IMG/VR virus record: IMGVR_UViG_3300027413_000007
Location: 4,180-68,179 of that record
Strand: one strand, 5' to 3'
DNA: 64,000 nt
DNA from: a virus
A program made the position numbers and the translations under genes. Position 1 is the first letter of the stretch, and every line of letters begins with the position of its first letter. The notes under the pieces were generated by a model, which saw only the letters and a list, made by a program, of their open reading frames with translations, did no database searches and was not told where the DNA came from. Positions 11,045 to 20,812 of this stretch are shown here, piece after piece.

Positions 11045-11434
11045 TTACGTTGTTACTTGAGGTGATAGCGTTAACTTACCTTCAAGTATTCTTTCAACCA
11101 CGCCTAAACCAGTATTGCTATCTGTTCCTTCTAACTCTACATCATATACATATCGCCCAGCTTTCATGCGGGTTGTTTGTATATTAGTTAATGATATTTG
11201 TAAAAGATTTTCTTGATTAGCTGGATTATAAGCAGTACATGAAAATAGTTCAGCTGAATCAGTGGAGTTATAACTCTTTTTGATTTTTCCACGCATAATG
11301 TAATAAGATCCAAATGACCCTGCATCAGAGTCCCAATTAATCAGGAGTTTTCTGCTACCATCTGGATTAAACAACTCAAGTTGAATTACGACATCGGCTC
11401 CCTGATCAATATTTAAGTCTTCATAATGTGCCAT
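11045..11434 (-). CDS. Conserved fibre-associated structural protein (BppU N-terminal-like Ig fold)
   Basis: Motifs IDQGAD...LSLT..QT..MKAGRYVYDVE...RILEG.....P.VT typical of T4-like fibre-attachment proteins. Confidence 0.65.
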   Translation of the reverse strand: MAHYEDLNIDQGADVVIQLELFNPDGSRKLLINWDSDAGSFGSYYIMRGKIKKSYNSTDSAELFSCTAYNPANQENLLQISLTNIQTTRMKAGRYVYDVELEGTDSNTGLGVVERILEGKLTLSPQVTT

Positions 11435-11459
11435 CCTCGACCCTCGTTTTAGTTTATAC

Positions 11460-11467
11460 TATTTATA
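11460..11467 (-). promoter_or_regulatory. Late promoter TATAAATA
   Basis: Exact match upstream of the 11434 start; a second copy lies at 11522-11529. Confidence 0.7.
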
Positions 11468-11532
11468 ATATAAAAACAGATTGCGCGTCATCTATATTCA
11501 TAAATTAAATCTTAATATTGCTATTTATACTA

Positions 11533-11561
11533 TTTACATTTATAGCAAATTGTTGTATAAT
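11533..11561 (+). promoter_or_regulatory. sigma70-type promoter TTTACA-N17-TATAAT, antisense to the enzyme cassette
   Basis: TTTACA 11533-38, 17-nt spacer, TATAAT 11556-61; same -35 hexamer as other early promoters in the window. Confidence 0.55.
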
Positions 11562-11591
11562 AAAGAGTAATCTTTAAACGGAGGGTAGTAC

Positions 11592-12158
11592 CTAATTATT
11601 ACTAAGAAATATATCAACTGGAACAGCTAATCTAAGATTAGCCTGATAAGTTTTTACCAAATGATATACATATCCAGGCATGATTATTACATCACCGGTA
11701 TGAGGAGTATATTCGATAGGGTTAAACATTTCAGCTGTTTTTCCGAAATATCCTCGATTAGCATTTACTCTTGGATCATATGCTACTAATTCTCCGCCCT
11801 TATCTATTTCATCAGCAAGTACATAAAACACTGCAGCAAACTGAGCTCCTGAATGATTATGAATATTCATAGAGTATCCCTTTTGAGATCCTGTTAACCA
11901 TGAACTAAAACTATGAGATATATCATTTAAATTACTATCAAATACTTCTTTAAAAAATTCCGTATATTTTTCTATAGCCAAATCTTTTAACAATGGAATT
12001 TTATCTGTGAGCGAACCACTATCGTATTCAGCTTGTGGTTTCATAATACTTGCATTAAGTAAAATCTCTTGAACTAATTCTTCGCATTGATTTAAAGTAA
12101 TTTGAGTTTTAAATATTGGAGTTGACCAACAATCATTAATACCCAATTTCAACATCAT
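11592..12158 (-). CDS. 2OG-Fe(II) oxygenase-like protein (TIGR02466-like)
   Basis: HNHSG...VFYV...GGEL..YDPR...PG...HLV...R motif pattern. Confidence 0.8.
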   Translation of the reverse strand: MMLKLGINDCWSTPIFKTQITLNQCEELVQEILLNASIMKPQAEYDSGSLTDKIPLLKDLAIEKYTEFFKEVFDSNLNDISHSFSSWLTGSQKGYSMNIHNHSGAQFAAVFYVLADEIDKGGELVAYDPRVNANRGYFGKTAEMFNPIEYTPHTGDVIIMPGYVYHLVKTYQANLRLAVPVDIFLSNN

Positions 12159-12540
12159 AATATCCTTTTATATCACTAACCATGCCATGAATTATCATCA
12201 ATGGCCAATCTATATTGTTAAGTATTCTATCGTATATTTCTTTACTACTATCATATGTTTGAAAATACGGATCGTTTCCAGCTAAAAGCATTGGATCATT
12301 TAATAGATCATAAAAGTCTTCGTTAAAATCTTTACTAATCCAATGTGCATAACATATTGCTACAGCATAACTTTTAGCTGGATATAGCCATTCATCTACT
12401 TTCTCATTAAAATGTCGAATAGCATTTTTAATAATGACTTCTTGATTATCATCAAAAACTATTTTTACTTTATTTAAATCGTCTGTATGGTCTTTATTTA
12501 GCCGATGATATACTTCTTGTTTAACTTGCCATTCTTTCAT
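12136..12540 (-). CDS. Hypothetical protein of the radical-SAM cassette
   Basis: 134-aa ORF overlapping both neighbours; motifs YPAKSY and LLAGNDPYF. Confidence 0.75.
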   Translation of the reverse strand: MKEWQVKQEVYHRLNKDHTDDLNKVKIVFDDNQEVIIKNAIRHFNEKVDEWLYPAKSYAVAICYAHWISKDFNEDFYDLLNDPMLLAGNDPYFQTYDSSKEIYDRILNNIDWPLMIIHGMVSDIKGYYDVEIGY

Positions 12541-13429
12541 GATACCAATCCAATAATCCTCTATATCCGTTACAGCTATTATCTAAATCTTTGACATATC
12601 GATAATGCTCTGTTAAGCAGTTTCCAAAGTACGTGCAGGACGCACATATAGGACTTATCATTTCTTCTTTTTCTTTATTTGTCCAATCAATGTATTGTTC
12701 CCAAGAATCCAATTCAAGAAAGAATTCTTTATCTTCTTCATCAAATTCCAAGACACCAAACTTGCCATTAGGTGTGATATATACGTGATCATCTGAAAAT
12801 GCATTATATCTTCCTTTCGTTGATTCTATAATTCTATCTTCATTTACAAATTCAAACTTCATAGTATCTTTTAACTTAAGCCACTTTATAACAAAATCTT
12901 CAAAGTCTTTGTGCGTCACATTATGGGCATTTGCTTGATTAATTGAATATGGTTTAATCTCAACAGACGTAATTGACGAACACATATTTAACATGTTAAT
13001 CATTTCAGATACATCTTTTTCTAGCACCTTTGGAGATGCTAAAACTAAAACCGCAATAGGTACTGTACTCATTAACATATTTTGAAACACAAGTTCAGAC
13101 TTTTCTCTTGCTTCAAAATCATATGATACAGAAAGATACACATCATCATCAAAGAAACCTGGATGCATCATAGAATAATTTGTGTTGATGCTAATTTCAC
13201 CTGAATAATATTTTCTTATAACATCTTTAATGCCATAAAAATACGACTTTTTCATTGCACCAACTTCACCACCATATAGGTCAATATGTTCTATATCTGG
13301 TACTTGAGATAGCAACTCATCTAATTTATCAAATGAAATTTGTTTTTGATCTCCAAGTTGCTTAGTAGATAGGTAACAAAAATCACATCTAAAATTACAA
13401 AAATATGAAGGATTAATCGATACGATCAT
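12521..13429 (-). CDS. Radical SAM enzyme with Cys-rich (SPASM/twitch-like) C-terminus
   Basis: CNFRCDFC (CX3CX2C), YGGE, C-terminal CASCTYFGNC...CNG. Confidence 0.9.
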   Translation of the reverse strand: MIVSINPSYFCNFRCDFCYLSTKQLGDQKQISFDKLDELLSQVPDIEHIDLYGGEVGAMKKSYFYGIKDVIRKYYSGEISINTNYSMMHPGFFDDDVYLSVSYDFEAREKSELVFQNMLMSTVPIAVLVLASPKVLEKDVSEMINMLNMCSSITSVEIKPYSINQANAHNVTHKDFEDFVIKWLKLKDTMKFEFVNEDRIIESTKGRYNAFSDDHVYITPNGKFGVLEFDEEDKEFFLELDSWEQYIDWTNKEKEEMISPICASCTYFGNCLTEHYRYVKDLDNSCNGYRGLLDWYHERMAS

Positions 13430-14040
13430 TACCTGTACGGAAAGGAAATATTCATTACTACTGCAAGTCTATCTTCTTCACCATAATAAGGAGTTACTTC
13501 ATGCCATACATGAGCTGGAACAATAATTATTGTATTTTTTTCAGTCTCAATAGACATTTTAGATTTAGGTCTTGTTTTTATAACCTGATTAAATGCTGGG
13601 TCATGAAAAATTAATTTGCCGCCATCTTTGTCATTATCTACACAGTCTAAATAATAAACCGCGACCATTGAAGCACCACTATGACAATGTAAACCTTTAT
13701 AATCGCCATTTCTCATAAAAGGCAATCTTCCAGTGGTCTGTTCCATACGTTCTAAAATTTCGGCATGTGTAATTGATTCATCATATTCATTAGCTAGTTT
13801 TAAAAATGACTTTGCAAAAAAATCGTGTAAATTTTTGATTTCATTATAATTTTTAATATTATCATCAGTAAACAATGGAATGTGCACACCATCATCTCCA
13901 CCATCTTGATATGAAAGACCTGCCATAGCTAAATGATTTCTAAATATTGCCTGACATACCGAATTAAGTGTACTACTTTCTTCTTCATTAATATTATGTA
14001 ACTCATGTAACATTTTTATTGGAAAAATAGTTTTTATCAT
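13429..14040 (-). CDS. 2OG-Fe(II) oxygenase-like protein (TIGR02466-like)
   Basis: HCHSG...VYYL...GGKLIFHDP...PAHVWHEV...R. Confidence 0.8.
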   Translation of the reverse strand: MIKTIFPIKMLHELHNINEEESSTLNSVCQAIFRNHLAMAGLSYQDGGDDGVHIPLFTDDNIKNYNEIKNLHDFFAKSFLKLANEYDESITHAEILERMEQTTGRLPFMRNGDYKGLHCHSGASMVAVYYLDCVDNDKDGGKLIFHDPAFNQVIKTRPKSKMSIETEKNTIIIVPAHVWHEVTPYYGEEDRLAVVMNISFPYR

Positions 14041-15071
14041 GCGTATTCCCTCTCATACGGCGTCAACTGTCTATTGATGCTATTTATACTGATTATATCA
14101 GATGCTAAAGTTTTCATATGCTCACAATGATCTTCTACCATATTATGTTGTTTTAAATCTTTAATAGTTTTTTTACATCCATTACAAATTTCAAACATAG
14201 GGCAAGTATAGCACGCATTTTTCAAACTCATTAAATTTAAATCTGTCGCAAGCGGTGTTGAGAATCCACCATTCATTTCGTAATCAAAATCAATAGCCTT
14301 ATCTAAATCATCACCAAACGCACCACAGGAATAGTAGTCACCTTCAGGCTGAAGCGTTCGAATACCAGAATCACATGTTCTTGATTGAGGGCATATAGTA
14401 GATTCTCCTCTCAATCGTACCATCATTTGCTGAGTATTATGTTCCCAATCGCTTAAACCAGCTTTCCATATTTCGACATAACGTTCATATATTTTTGATA
14501 ATTGATATGGAGCTGATTGTGATCCTGATGCCATTGCATAATTCACTTTACATATTACATCCATCTTCTTTGCGAGTTCAACGGTTTTAATATGAGTATC
14601 TTCGTTCTCTTCAACGATTACAGCTATGAAGGATGGTCTATATCCAACATGTTCTAACATCGCATCTGAACATCTCCAGAAATCTTCTTCTGTAAACTCA
14701 CTATAATCGCCCTTTAATCTTCCACCACCATATTGAAATGACGTAGCCACACCTACCCTCGGATGGTTGAATAGTTCTTTCCATTTTAGTGGCTTGGTAA
14801 GAAACGGGTATAAATTTGTTGTAAGTGATATAGACGCTGGCATATCATGCTTATCAAGAAACTCTATAATTTTCCAATAATAATTTGGCTTCATCATTAA
14901 TGGATCACCACCATTAACAATAATTGTTTGTGTATCTGGAAAACGTTTTAAAAACTTAAATATCTTATTTAAATCAAGAGTGGCTGTATTATCTTCGAAC
15001 GTAATTTTAGATGATGAACAAAACGAACATTTGAAATTACATAGTTCGGTTGGTTTAACAATTAAGTCCAT
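14037..15071 (-). CDS. Radical SAM/SPASM enzyme
   Basis: KPTELCNFKCSFC, GGDPL, C-terminal CPQSRTC...YSCG...CYTCPMFEICNGC...C. Confidence 0.92.
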   Translation of the reverse strand: MDLIVKPTELCNFKCSFCSSSKITFEDNTATLDLNKIFKFLKRFPDTQTIIVNGGDPLMMKPNYYWKIIEFLDKHDMPASISLTTNLYPFLTKPLKWKELFNHPRVGVATSFQYGGGRLKGDYSEFTEEDFWRCSDAMLEHVGYRPSFIAVIVEENEDTHIKTVELAKKMDVICKVNYAMASGSQSAPYQLSKIYERYVEIWKAGLSDWEHNTQQMMVRLRGESTICPQSRTCDSGIRTLQPEGDYYSCGAFGDDLDKAIDFDYEMNGGFSTPLATDLNLMSLKNACYTCPMFEICNGCKKTIKDLKQHNMVEDHCEHMKTLASDIISINSINRQLTPYEREYA

Positions 15072-15607
15072 GGAGAATCGCTAACATTAAACCCAAAATT
15101 CATAGTGATTCTGTGCATATCAGGATCTCTAAAGTGTTCAACTCTGTGTTCAAACTGTTTATCTTGGCTTCCTACTACCACATCATATTTTTGAGGTAAA
15201 TGAAATGCCGTGATTCTATTATTTTGTGATATATTCCTAAACATAATCTCGCCGCCAGCATCATTATCCATATCAGTAAAATATAGAAGAAACATTATAT
15301 TTGCGCCTTCACAAAAATCATTATGCCAATGACATGAAGTTTGTTCGGTGCCATTCCAACAATGATAATAAATCAAATCTTGTTTTTCTGAATATGGTTT
15401 TAAATAATGATTAAAAAGATAATCAGCAGTCATTAGCATTTTCTTTCGCATACCCAATATATAATAATTTAAAGGAAATCGATAATCTTTTCTATTACCA
15501 ATACCTCTAAGCCATTTTATATTAGGAATAGTATTTTCTAAATATTGAAACGCTAAGACGTTATTTTCTGTATAAAACCCATCATCCATTTTCCAACCAT
15601 TTTTCAC
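15062..15607 (-). CDS. 2OG-Fe(II) oxygenase (prolyl-hydroxylase-like)
   Basis: WHND (HxD)...GGE...HRV...RIT facial-triad pattern. Confidence 0.8.
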   Translation of the reverse strand: MKNGWKMDDGFYTENNVLAFQYLENTIPNIKWLRGIGNRKDYRFPLNYYILGMRKKMLMTADYLFNHYLKPYSEKQDLIYYHCWNGTEQTSCHWHNDFCEGANIMFLLYFTDMDNDAGGEIMFRNISQNNRITAFHLPQKYDVVVGSQDKQFEHRVEHFRDPDMHRITMNFGFNVSDSPWT

Positions 15608-16749
15608 AGCATTTTTACCTTTTGTCTAAAACCATATGACAGATCATCTTCACCATCACGTTTTGGTTTAAATCCCTTTGTTTTTTTAACATAATTAAAC
15701 GTTTCTTTAAAAACACATTCTTCCATATCATTGTGATCACCTGGCATATCCGCTTTTACAAAACATGTAAATGGACAGTTTTCATAATATTCGCACTCAA
15801 AACAATTATATTTTTTTAAAAACTTTTCTACTATCTCTCCTGTTTCAAAAGGTGTTTCACCAGTTTTTTTATCTCGTTGATACGCTACACCACAACATCC
15901 ACCAGGCGAAGAACCGTCAGGCTGAATAGTTATTGAATTACCTCTTGTACACATCATTGCACCAGTCTGATTCAACGGATCATGAAACGCGTCCATGTTT
16001 TCGCATTCAGGATAGTTATCTATCAAATATTTATTGAATGCTAATAACTCGCTATCTTTAGGAATTAATTTTGCATCTGTTTTAATCAGTGGCGATGGCA
16101 TATAAGCATCAAAATCAACCGGAAAGTTTTTATACAAATAATCAAAAGTGCTTTTATCATTGCTCTTTATAATCGTCTGTACATTTTGGCTAGTAGTAAC
16201 AATTGAAACATTTCTAATATAATCCTTAAAAGTCTCTACATTCTCTAAGAATATTTCCTGTTGACCTTTATTGAAACGTCCTCTTGGATCATAAGATGTT
16301 GAAAGTTTTATATCGTGTTTTTTACAAAAGTCCATGACTTTACTAGAGTTCTTTTTATCAAACATAAAATTAGTAAGATAATTGAAATAAATTCTTTTGT
16401 CACCAATGTTAATCTTGGATCTGACTAAATCCATAAATTCGTCATATACGTCTAAAAAGCCTTTTTCAATCCATAGATCTTCAAATAATTCTCCACCTAA
16501 TAAATGTAATTTATAGTCTTTTGATCTTGGTGAATTGTTAATGAATTTAGCAACAGTATCGCTTTTTGCTAAAATTTCTTCTCGAGTAGCTCCGACCATT
16601 GAGTTATGATCTTGTGGACAGAATACACATTTTAAATTACAATGTTCAAAGAATATTATAACAAGCTCACTTGATCGAGTGATCTTGCTTCCTAAAATTT
16701 TGTATATATCAAAATCAAGTGGAGCTGGATTAATAGGTGCTATAGACAT
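15604..16749 (-). CDS. Radical SAM/SPASM-like enzyme
   Basis: CNLKCVFC, GGELF, C-terminal CTRG...GGCC...CFECEYYENCPFTC...C. Confidence 0.9.
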   Translation of the reverse strand: MSIAPINPAPLDFDIYKILGSKITRSSELVIIFFEHCNLKCVFCPQDHNSMVGATREEILAKSDTVAKFINNSPRSKDYKLHLLGGELFEDLWIEKGFLDVYDEFMDLVRSKINIGDKRIYFNYLTNFMFDKKNSSKVMDFCKKHDIKLSTSYDPRGRFNKGQQEIFLENVETFKDYIRNVSIVTTSQNVQTIIKSNDKSTFDYLYKNFPVDFDAYMPSPLIKTDAKLIPKDSELLAFNKYLIDNYPECENMDAFHDPLNQTGAMMCTRGNSITIQPDGSSPGGCCGVAYQRDKKTGETPFETGEIVEKFLKKYNCFECEYYENCPFTCFVKADMPGDHNDMEECVFKETFNYVKKTKGFKPKRDGEDDLSYGFRQKVKML

Positions 16750-18410
16750 TCTTTACTTACCTCTGACATAATTATATGTCTATTTTTTTCTATAAATTTA
16801 TTTATAGTATTTGCTCTAAACTCTTGATTTAAAACTTTAATGCTTTTTGGTTGAGAATTTGGATTAAATATATCTCTTATTTCAGAATATATATCATCCC
16901 AACTATCTAATTTACTTATAGCTTCATATGCTTTTTTAGTAAAGACAGACGGTGATACACTATTTTCAAGCATAGGATAAAAGTGTTGCAATAAATAATT
17001 TCCAGCACTATTCATAAACCACATTTCATGCATTTCTTCAATTGTAAACGAAAAGCACGATGATATAGTTTTAAAATATGATTTCTTATTTTTGTATAAA
17101 TTATTCCAACTATCTATTCCTTGTTCATCTGCAATATCAGTGTAAACTTCAACTGTTCGAATATCATATTTAATTTTATATTCCTGAGAATTAAGAGCTG
17201 AATCAGGAAGAAACATATAATCGTGTCTGTAAGAACCAAACGATTTGAAATTCCAGATATATTCCATTTCATTATAAAAATCATCTATCGTAGAACCCGG
17301 CATTGCAAGTATCATTTCTAAATTAGGTATTGGAAACCCATGCTTTGAACATTGTTCATTAATGTGTTTGCTTAATTCCAATTTATCTTCTGTATTTAAA
17401 TCAACTCTTTCAGCTATTTTCATTGCAATGTCAGAACTGCTTTGAATAGATACCGATGGAACTATTGATATATTAGCCATCTCACTCCACATGTTTTTCC
17501 CGTTTTTCATATTTGGAGAAGCATAATTTGTTCCAACAATTTCAAAATACTTATCAATCAATTTTTTTCTTCTACTTAAATCTTTAGATTTCATAGTAGA
17601 AATATCGGTTAAATTAAAACCGTTTGTCCAAGCATATTCAAAAATTTCAAAGTCTCTTTCAAAAAAAGCTCCAAAGTTTGCATCATTTAAATATGCAGAT
17701 CTATAACCGGCTTTCAACATAGCAGTAATATCACGTTTCACTATATCTAATGATTTCTTATAAATCTTTGTATTAATGCCACCACCCCATTCACAAAATA
17801 CACACTTATAAGGACAGCCTCTCGTTGTCTCTAAAACAATAAATGGTTCCATTTTATACTTGCGGGCATACTCAAGTAATTTTGTAAGATATTCTAAATG
17901 ATCTTCGTATACCGAATAGTCTTCTTTTGATATATCATGTATGACTTTTACGTCTGACCTTAATTCCCATGGAATACTTGTTGGATCGATTTTGTTTTCA
18001 ATAAACTGATCTATAAGTTCAGCCATAAATGGTTCACCTGGTTTAGTAGGTCTACAAATTAAATCATACTGAGGACGAGAGGCTAATAGTTCAGGTTCAT
18101 TAGTTCCTATATGTGGACCACCCAAAACCAATATTTTTTCTGGATATTCATTTTTAATTTTATTAGAAATTTCATCACATATCATATAATTCCAAGTATA
18201 TGAAGAAAACATAATTACATCTGCTGCAATTATTTCATCTACTACTTCATTATACGATTTATAGCTATTCCATTTATATGGTGATTCTAACCATTGCACT
18301 TTTTCGCTATATTTTCCATACCGTGCATAATAACTTTGCATCAATAAAAATGTAAAATTATTTGCTAATGACCAGTCAGCGTGAGGAGGATTGACAAATG
18401 ATATAATCAT
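16740..18410 (-). CDS. Cobalamin-binding (class B-like) radical SAM enzyme
   Basis: N-terminal Rossmann-like FSSYTWN...LVLGGPH, then ETTRGCPYKCVFCEWG, DANFG, LAMPGST. Confidence 0.88.
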   Translation of the reverse strand: MIISFVNPPHADWSLANNFTFLLMQSYYARYGKYSEKVQWLESPYKWNSYKSYNEVVDEIIAADVIMFSSYTWNYMICDEISNKIKNEYPEKILVLGGPHIGTNEPELLASRPQYDLICRPTKPGEPFMAELIDQFIENKIDPTSIPWELRSDVKVIHDISKEDYSVYEDHLEYLTKLLEYARKYKMEPFIVLETTRGCPYKCVFCEWGGGINTKIYKKSLDIVKRDITAMLKAGYRSAYLNDANFGAFFERDFEIFEYAWTNGFNLTDISTMKSKDLSRRKKLIDKYFEIVGTNYASPNMKNGKNMWSEMANISIVPSVSIQSSSDIAMKIAERVDLNTEDKLELSKHINEQCSKHGFPIPNLEMILAMPGSTIDDFYNEMEYIWNFKSFGSYRHDYMFLPDSALNSQEYKIKYDIRTVEVYTDIADEQGIDSWNNLYKNKKSYFKTISSCFSFTIEEMHEMWFMNSAGNYLLQHFYPMLENSVSPSVFTKKAYEAISKLDSWDDIYSEIRDIFNPNSQPKSIKVLNQEFRANTINKFIEKNRHIIMSEVSKECL

Positions 18411-18443
18411 ATTTCATTCTATACATTATAAATTAAAAAATAT

Positions 18444-19574
18444 TTAGACTGTCACATATTTAGCAATAACAGTTTTATCAGAAATAGAGTTAGCGTGTAG
18501 CAGTGAATGAACTAAATAATGATTTACTGTTTCAAGCTCTAAAGCAAAGAATTTTTCAGGTTCTTTGTCATATGATGATTCAATTAAGATAAGTCTATCC
18601 AACAACTCATCTGTTAATTCAGTAGTAATTGCTGGTAAGAATTCTAATATGCTATCATCTCTTAAAGTAAAATCAGACCATTGACTTTCTATAATAGCTA
18701 CAAACTCTTTAATAGTATTGAGATCTGAATCAGAAATGTTTTCAAATATTATATTATCACTACTAGAAGCACCACTTAAATATTTTATCGACCACATATC
18801 ATCTTTAATAAACACTTGAGCAAATTTAGAAGTATCTGTAAAAATGTCATTAATATTATTTAATGTATAAGTTTTGTCTAAACTTAATTTATCAGCAAAA
18901 GGTTTAGTTAAGAAATGTTGGAAAAATACTTCTTTTAATTCGTAAAGATATTGTTCAAACACCTTTTTCAGCAAAGGTCTGACTGCGCTTTTTAACTCGG
19001 CTTTTGAAGATTTGTTATTGAGATAATTTGCTAGTAGATGTTCAACACTTATTGTATTTTTATATTTTGTCATAAAAGCTTTTTTCTTAGCTGCAGATGG
19101 AGCTTTAACGCTGTCATAAATGGTCTTGAAATTTTCTACTTTTAAAATTTCACCAGCTCCTAATTTTGCGTTGTTGCTTGAAAATCTGCCTCTAAAAAAT
19201 GTATTGAATTTAAAAGCATGTGCTCTTACTAATGATTCGACTGAATCAGCTGTAGGAGTTTTTAAAATAAATTTATACCACGTAGACATAATAAATTGCA
19301 ATGCTGCATTGTCACAATAAACGACGATTCTTTTATTTGTAGCATCACATTTAGTAGCTAATTGATCAAAAAGAGTTGAAGCATCTTTAAACGTTTTATC
19401 TTTTCCTAAAATATCATCCCATTCAAGTCCATATGCGATAAGTTGACCAGATAAGATTTTTTGGAGATCTTCTAAAAGATTAAAACCGTTATTCTGCGAT
19501 ACAACAATACGATCAAATTTTGGATCGATGATATTATCTGTTGTTACATAAATTTTCTTAAACAGATGTATCAT
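18444..19574 (-). CDS. Hypothetical protein of the radical-SAM cassette
   Basis: 376-aa ORF, start overlaps the upstream stop; no recognised catalytic motif. Confidence 0.75.
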   Translation of the reverse strand: MIHLFKKIYVTTDNIIDPKFDRIVVSQNNGFNLLEDLQKILSGQLIAYGLEWDDILGKDKTFKDASTLFDQLATKCDATNKRIVVYCDNAALQFIMSTWYKFILKTPTADSVESLVRAHAFKFNTFFRGRFSSNNAKLGAGEILKVENFKTIYDSVKAPSAAKKKAFMTKYKNTISVEHLLANYLNNKSSKAELKSAVRPLLKKVFEQYLYELKEVFFQHFLTKPFADKLSLDKTYTLNNINDIFTDTSKFAQVFIKDDMWSIKYLSGASSSDNIIFENISDSDLNTIKEFVAIIESQWSDFTLRDDSILEFLPAITTELTDELLDRLILIESSYDKEPEKFFALELETVNHYLVHSLLHANSISDKTVIAKYVTV

Positions 19575-20218
19575 AACTGTTCTCCTGTGGCGATTGCGCT
19601 TGTTAGTAAAAACATTGGGTTATTAACATTTGCCCAATAGCTAAATAAATTATTTCCTTTAAACATATACTCATTAAAGTATGATTTATAATATGTTTTA
19701 TGATGTTCAATTACATTAGCATAAAACAGATAGAATCTTTCATGCTTAAGTAAGCTTACAAAATTTATTCCGGTCAAATCTTTGGTATCATCTTTTGGAA
19801 ATGCTTTGACATAATCTTTTAATTCATCTGATTCAACAGTATAAAGATTATATAATGAAAGAGAATCTAATTTTTTAGTCCACGTTGTAAGTATATCAAC
19901 ATTATCATCTATAAAGTTTTTTTCTGTTAGCTCTACTATACCTTTCATTTGAAGTAACAAATTAATTACTCTTTCTTCAAGAGTTGGTACATTTATAATA
20001 AAATTAGCTAAAAGATATTCTTTAGTCATATGATCAAAGTCTTCTTGACTATCAAATCCAATATCACACGGCAGTTCTAAATTGCTAAGATACGTTAATA
20101 GCTTTGTTCCTTGTAATTGAGAATTTTGGTAATCAACCATATAAAAAGTTTGATCATCTTCAAAATACAATTTTAGATCTTCAATACTGAACGGCGCAGT
20201 AACATCAATAACTTTCAT
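19571..20218 (-). CDS. Hypothetical protein of the radical-SAM cassette
   Basis: 215-aa acidic ORF, ATGA-coupled to the CHSS-repeat gene. Confidence 0.75.
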   Translation of the reverse strand: MKVIDVTAPFSIEDLKLYFEDDQTFYMVDYQNSQLQGTKLLTYLSNLELPCDIGFDSQEDFDHMTKEYLLANFIINVPTLEERVINLLLQMKGIVELTEKNFIDDNVDILTTWTKKLDSLSLYNLYTVESDELKDYVKAFPKDDTKDLTGINFVSLLKHERFYLFYANVIEHHKTYYKSYFNEYMFKGNNLFSYWANVNNPMFLLTSAIATGEQL

Positions 20219-20778
20219 CGTCTTCCTCGCGAACCATGACAGCTGCTATGACAACTGCTGTGACAAATATTAATAGTTACAGTAATAGTATTAGATACTA
20301 ACGAATTAAATCTTGTTTGTAAATCAGTAAATTTAGCTTCTAATCCAGTAGCAGTAATTTGTGTTCCAGATGATAACGTAACACCAGCTGCAGATAAAGA
20401 TTGCACATAACTACTGCTTAGATAAGCTTTTTGTGTTTGATTAAAAATTAAGCCTGGGGTTTGGTATGTACCTATATTACTTGTTTCACCTGTTACGTTT
20501 CGCCTTGCATTTAAATTTCTAATTTGACTATATGCCGCGGTTTCATTTTCAATTGCGGTATTAATAGTAGCAGCATTAATTGGATTTCCGGCTATAGTAG
20601 ATCCGCTAATTCCAATGCTTCTCCCAGCAGTCGTTCCACCAAAATAGCTTGTAGAAAATCCACTGAACGGAACAGAGTTGGTACCCCAAACAATCCCAGA
20701 ATTTGCACTTGCTGGAGCAAAATCCGCAAATCTATCTATTATATTCTGTGCTGTAATTGGACTTGTTAATGTAGCCAT
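20215..20778 (-). CDS. Virion-like protein with C-terminal (CHxS)3-RGRR tail; putative substrate/precursor of the cassette
   Basis: S/T/G/A/N-rich body with G..I.A repeats; the only three Cys and three His residues are in the tail ICHSSCHSSCHGSRGRR. Confidence 0.75.
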   Translation of the reverse strand: MATLTSPITAQNIIDRFADFAPASANSGIVWGTNSVPFSGFSTSYFGGTTAGRSIGISGSTIAGNPINAATINTAIENETAAYSQIRNLNARRNVTGETSNIGTYQTPGLIFNQTQKAYLSSSYVQSLSAAGVTLSSGTQITATGLEAKFTDLQTRFNSLVSNTITVTINICHSSCHSSCHGSRGRR

Positions 20779-20804
20779 TTCATTCTTCTTTCGTTATATA
20801 GGTG

Positions 20805-20812
20805 TATTTATA
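20805..20812 (-). promoter_or_regulatory. Late promoter TATAAATA for the CHSS-repeat gene
   Basis: Exact match overlapping the stop of 20808..21827, 26 nt upstream of the ATG at 20778. Confidence 0.7.
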
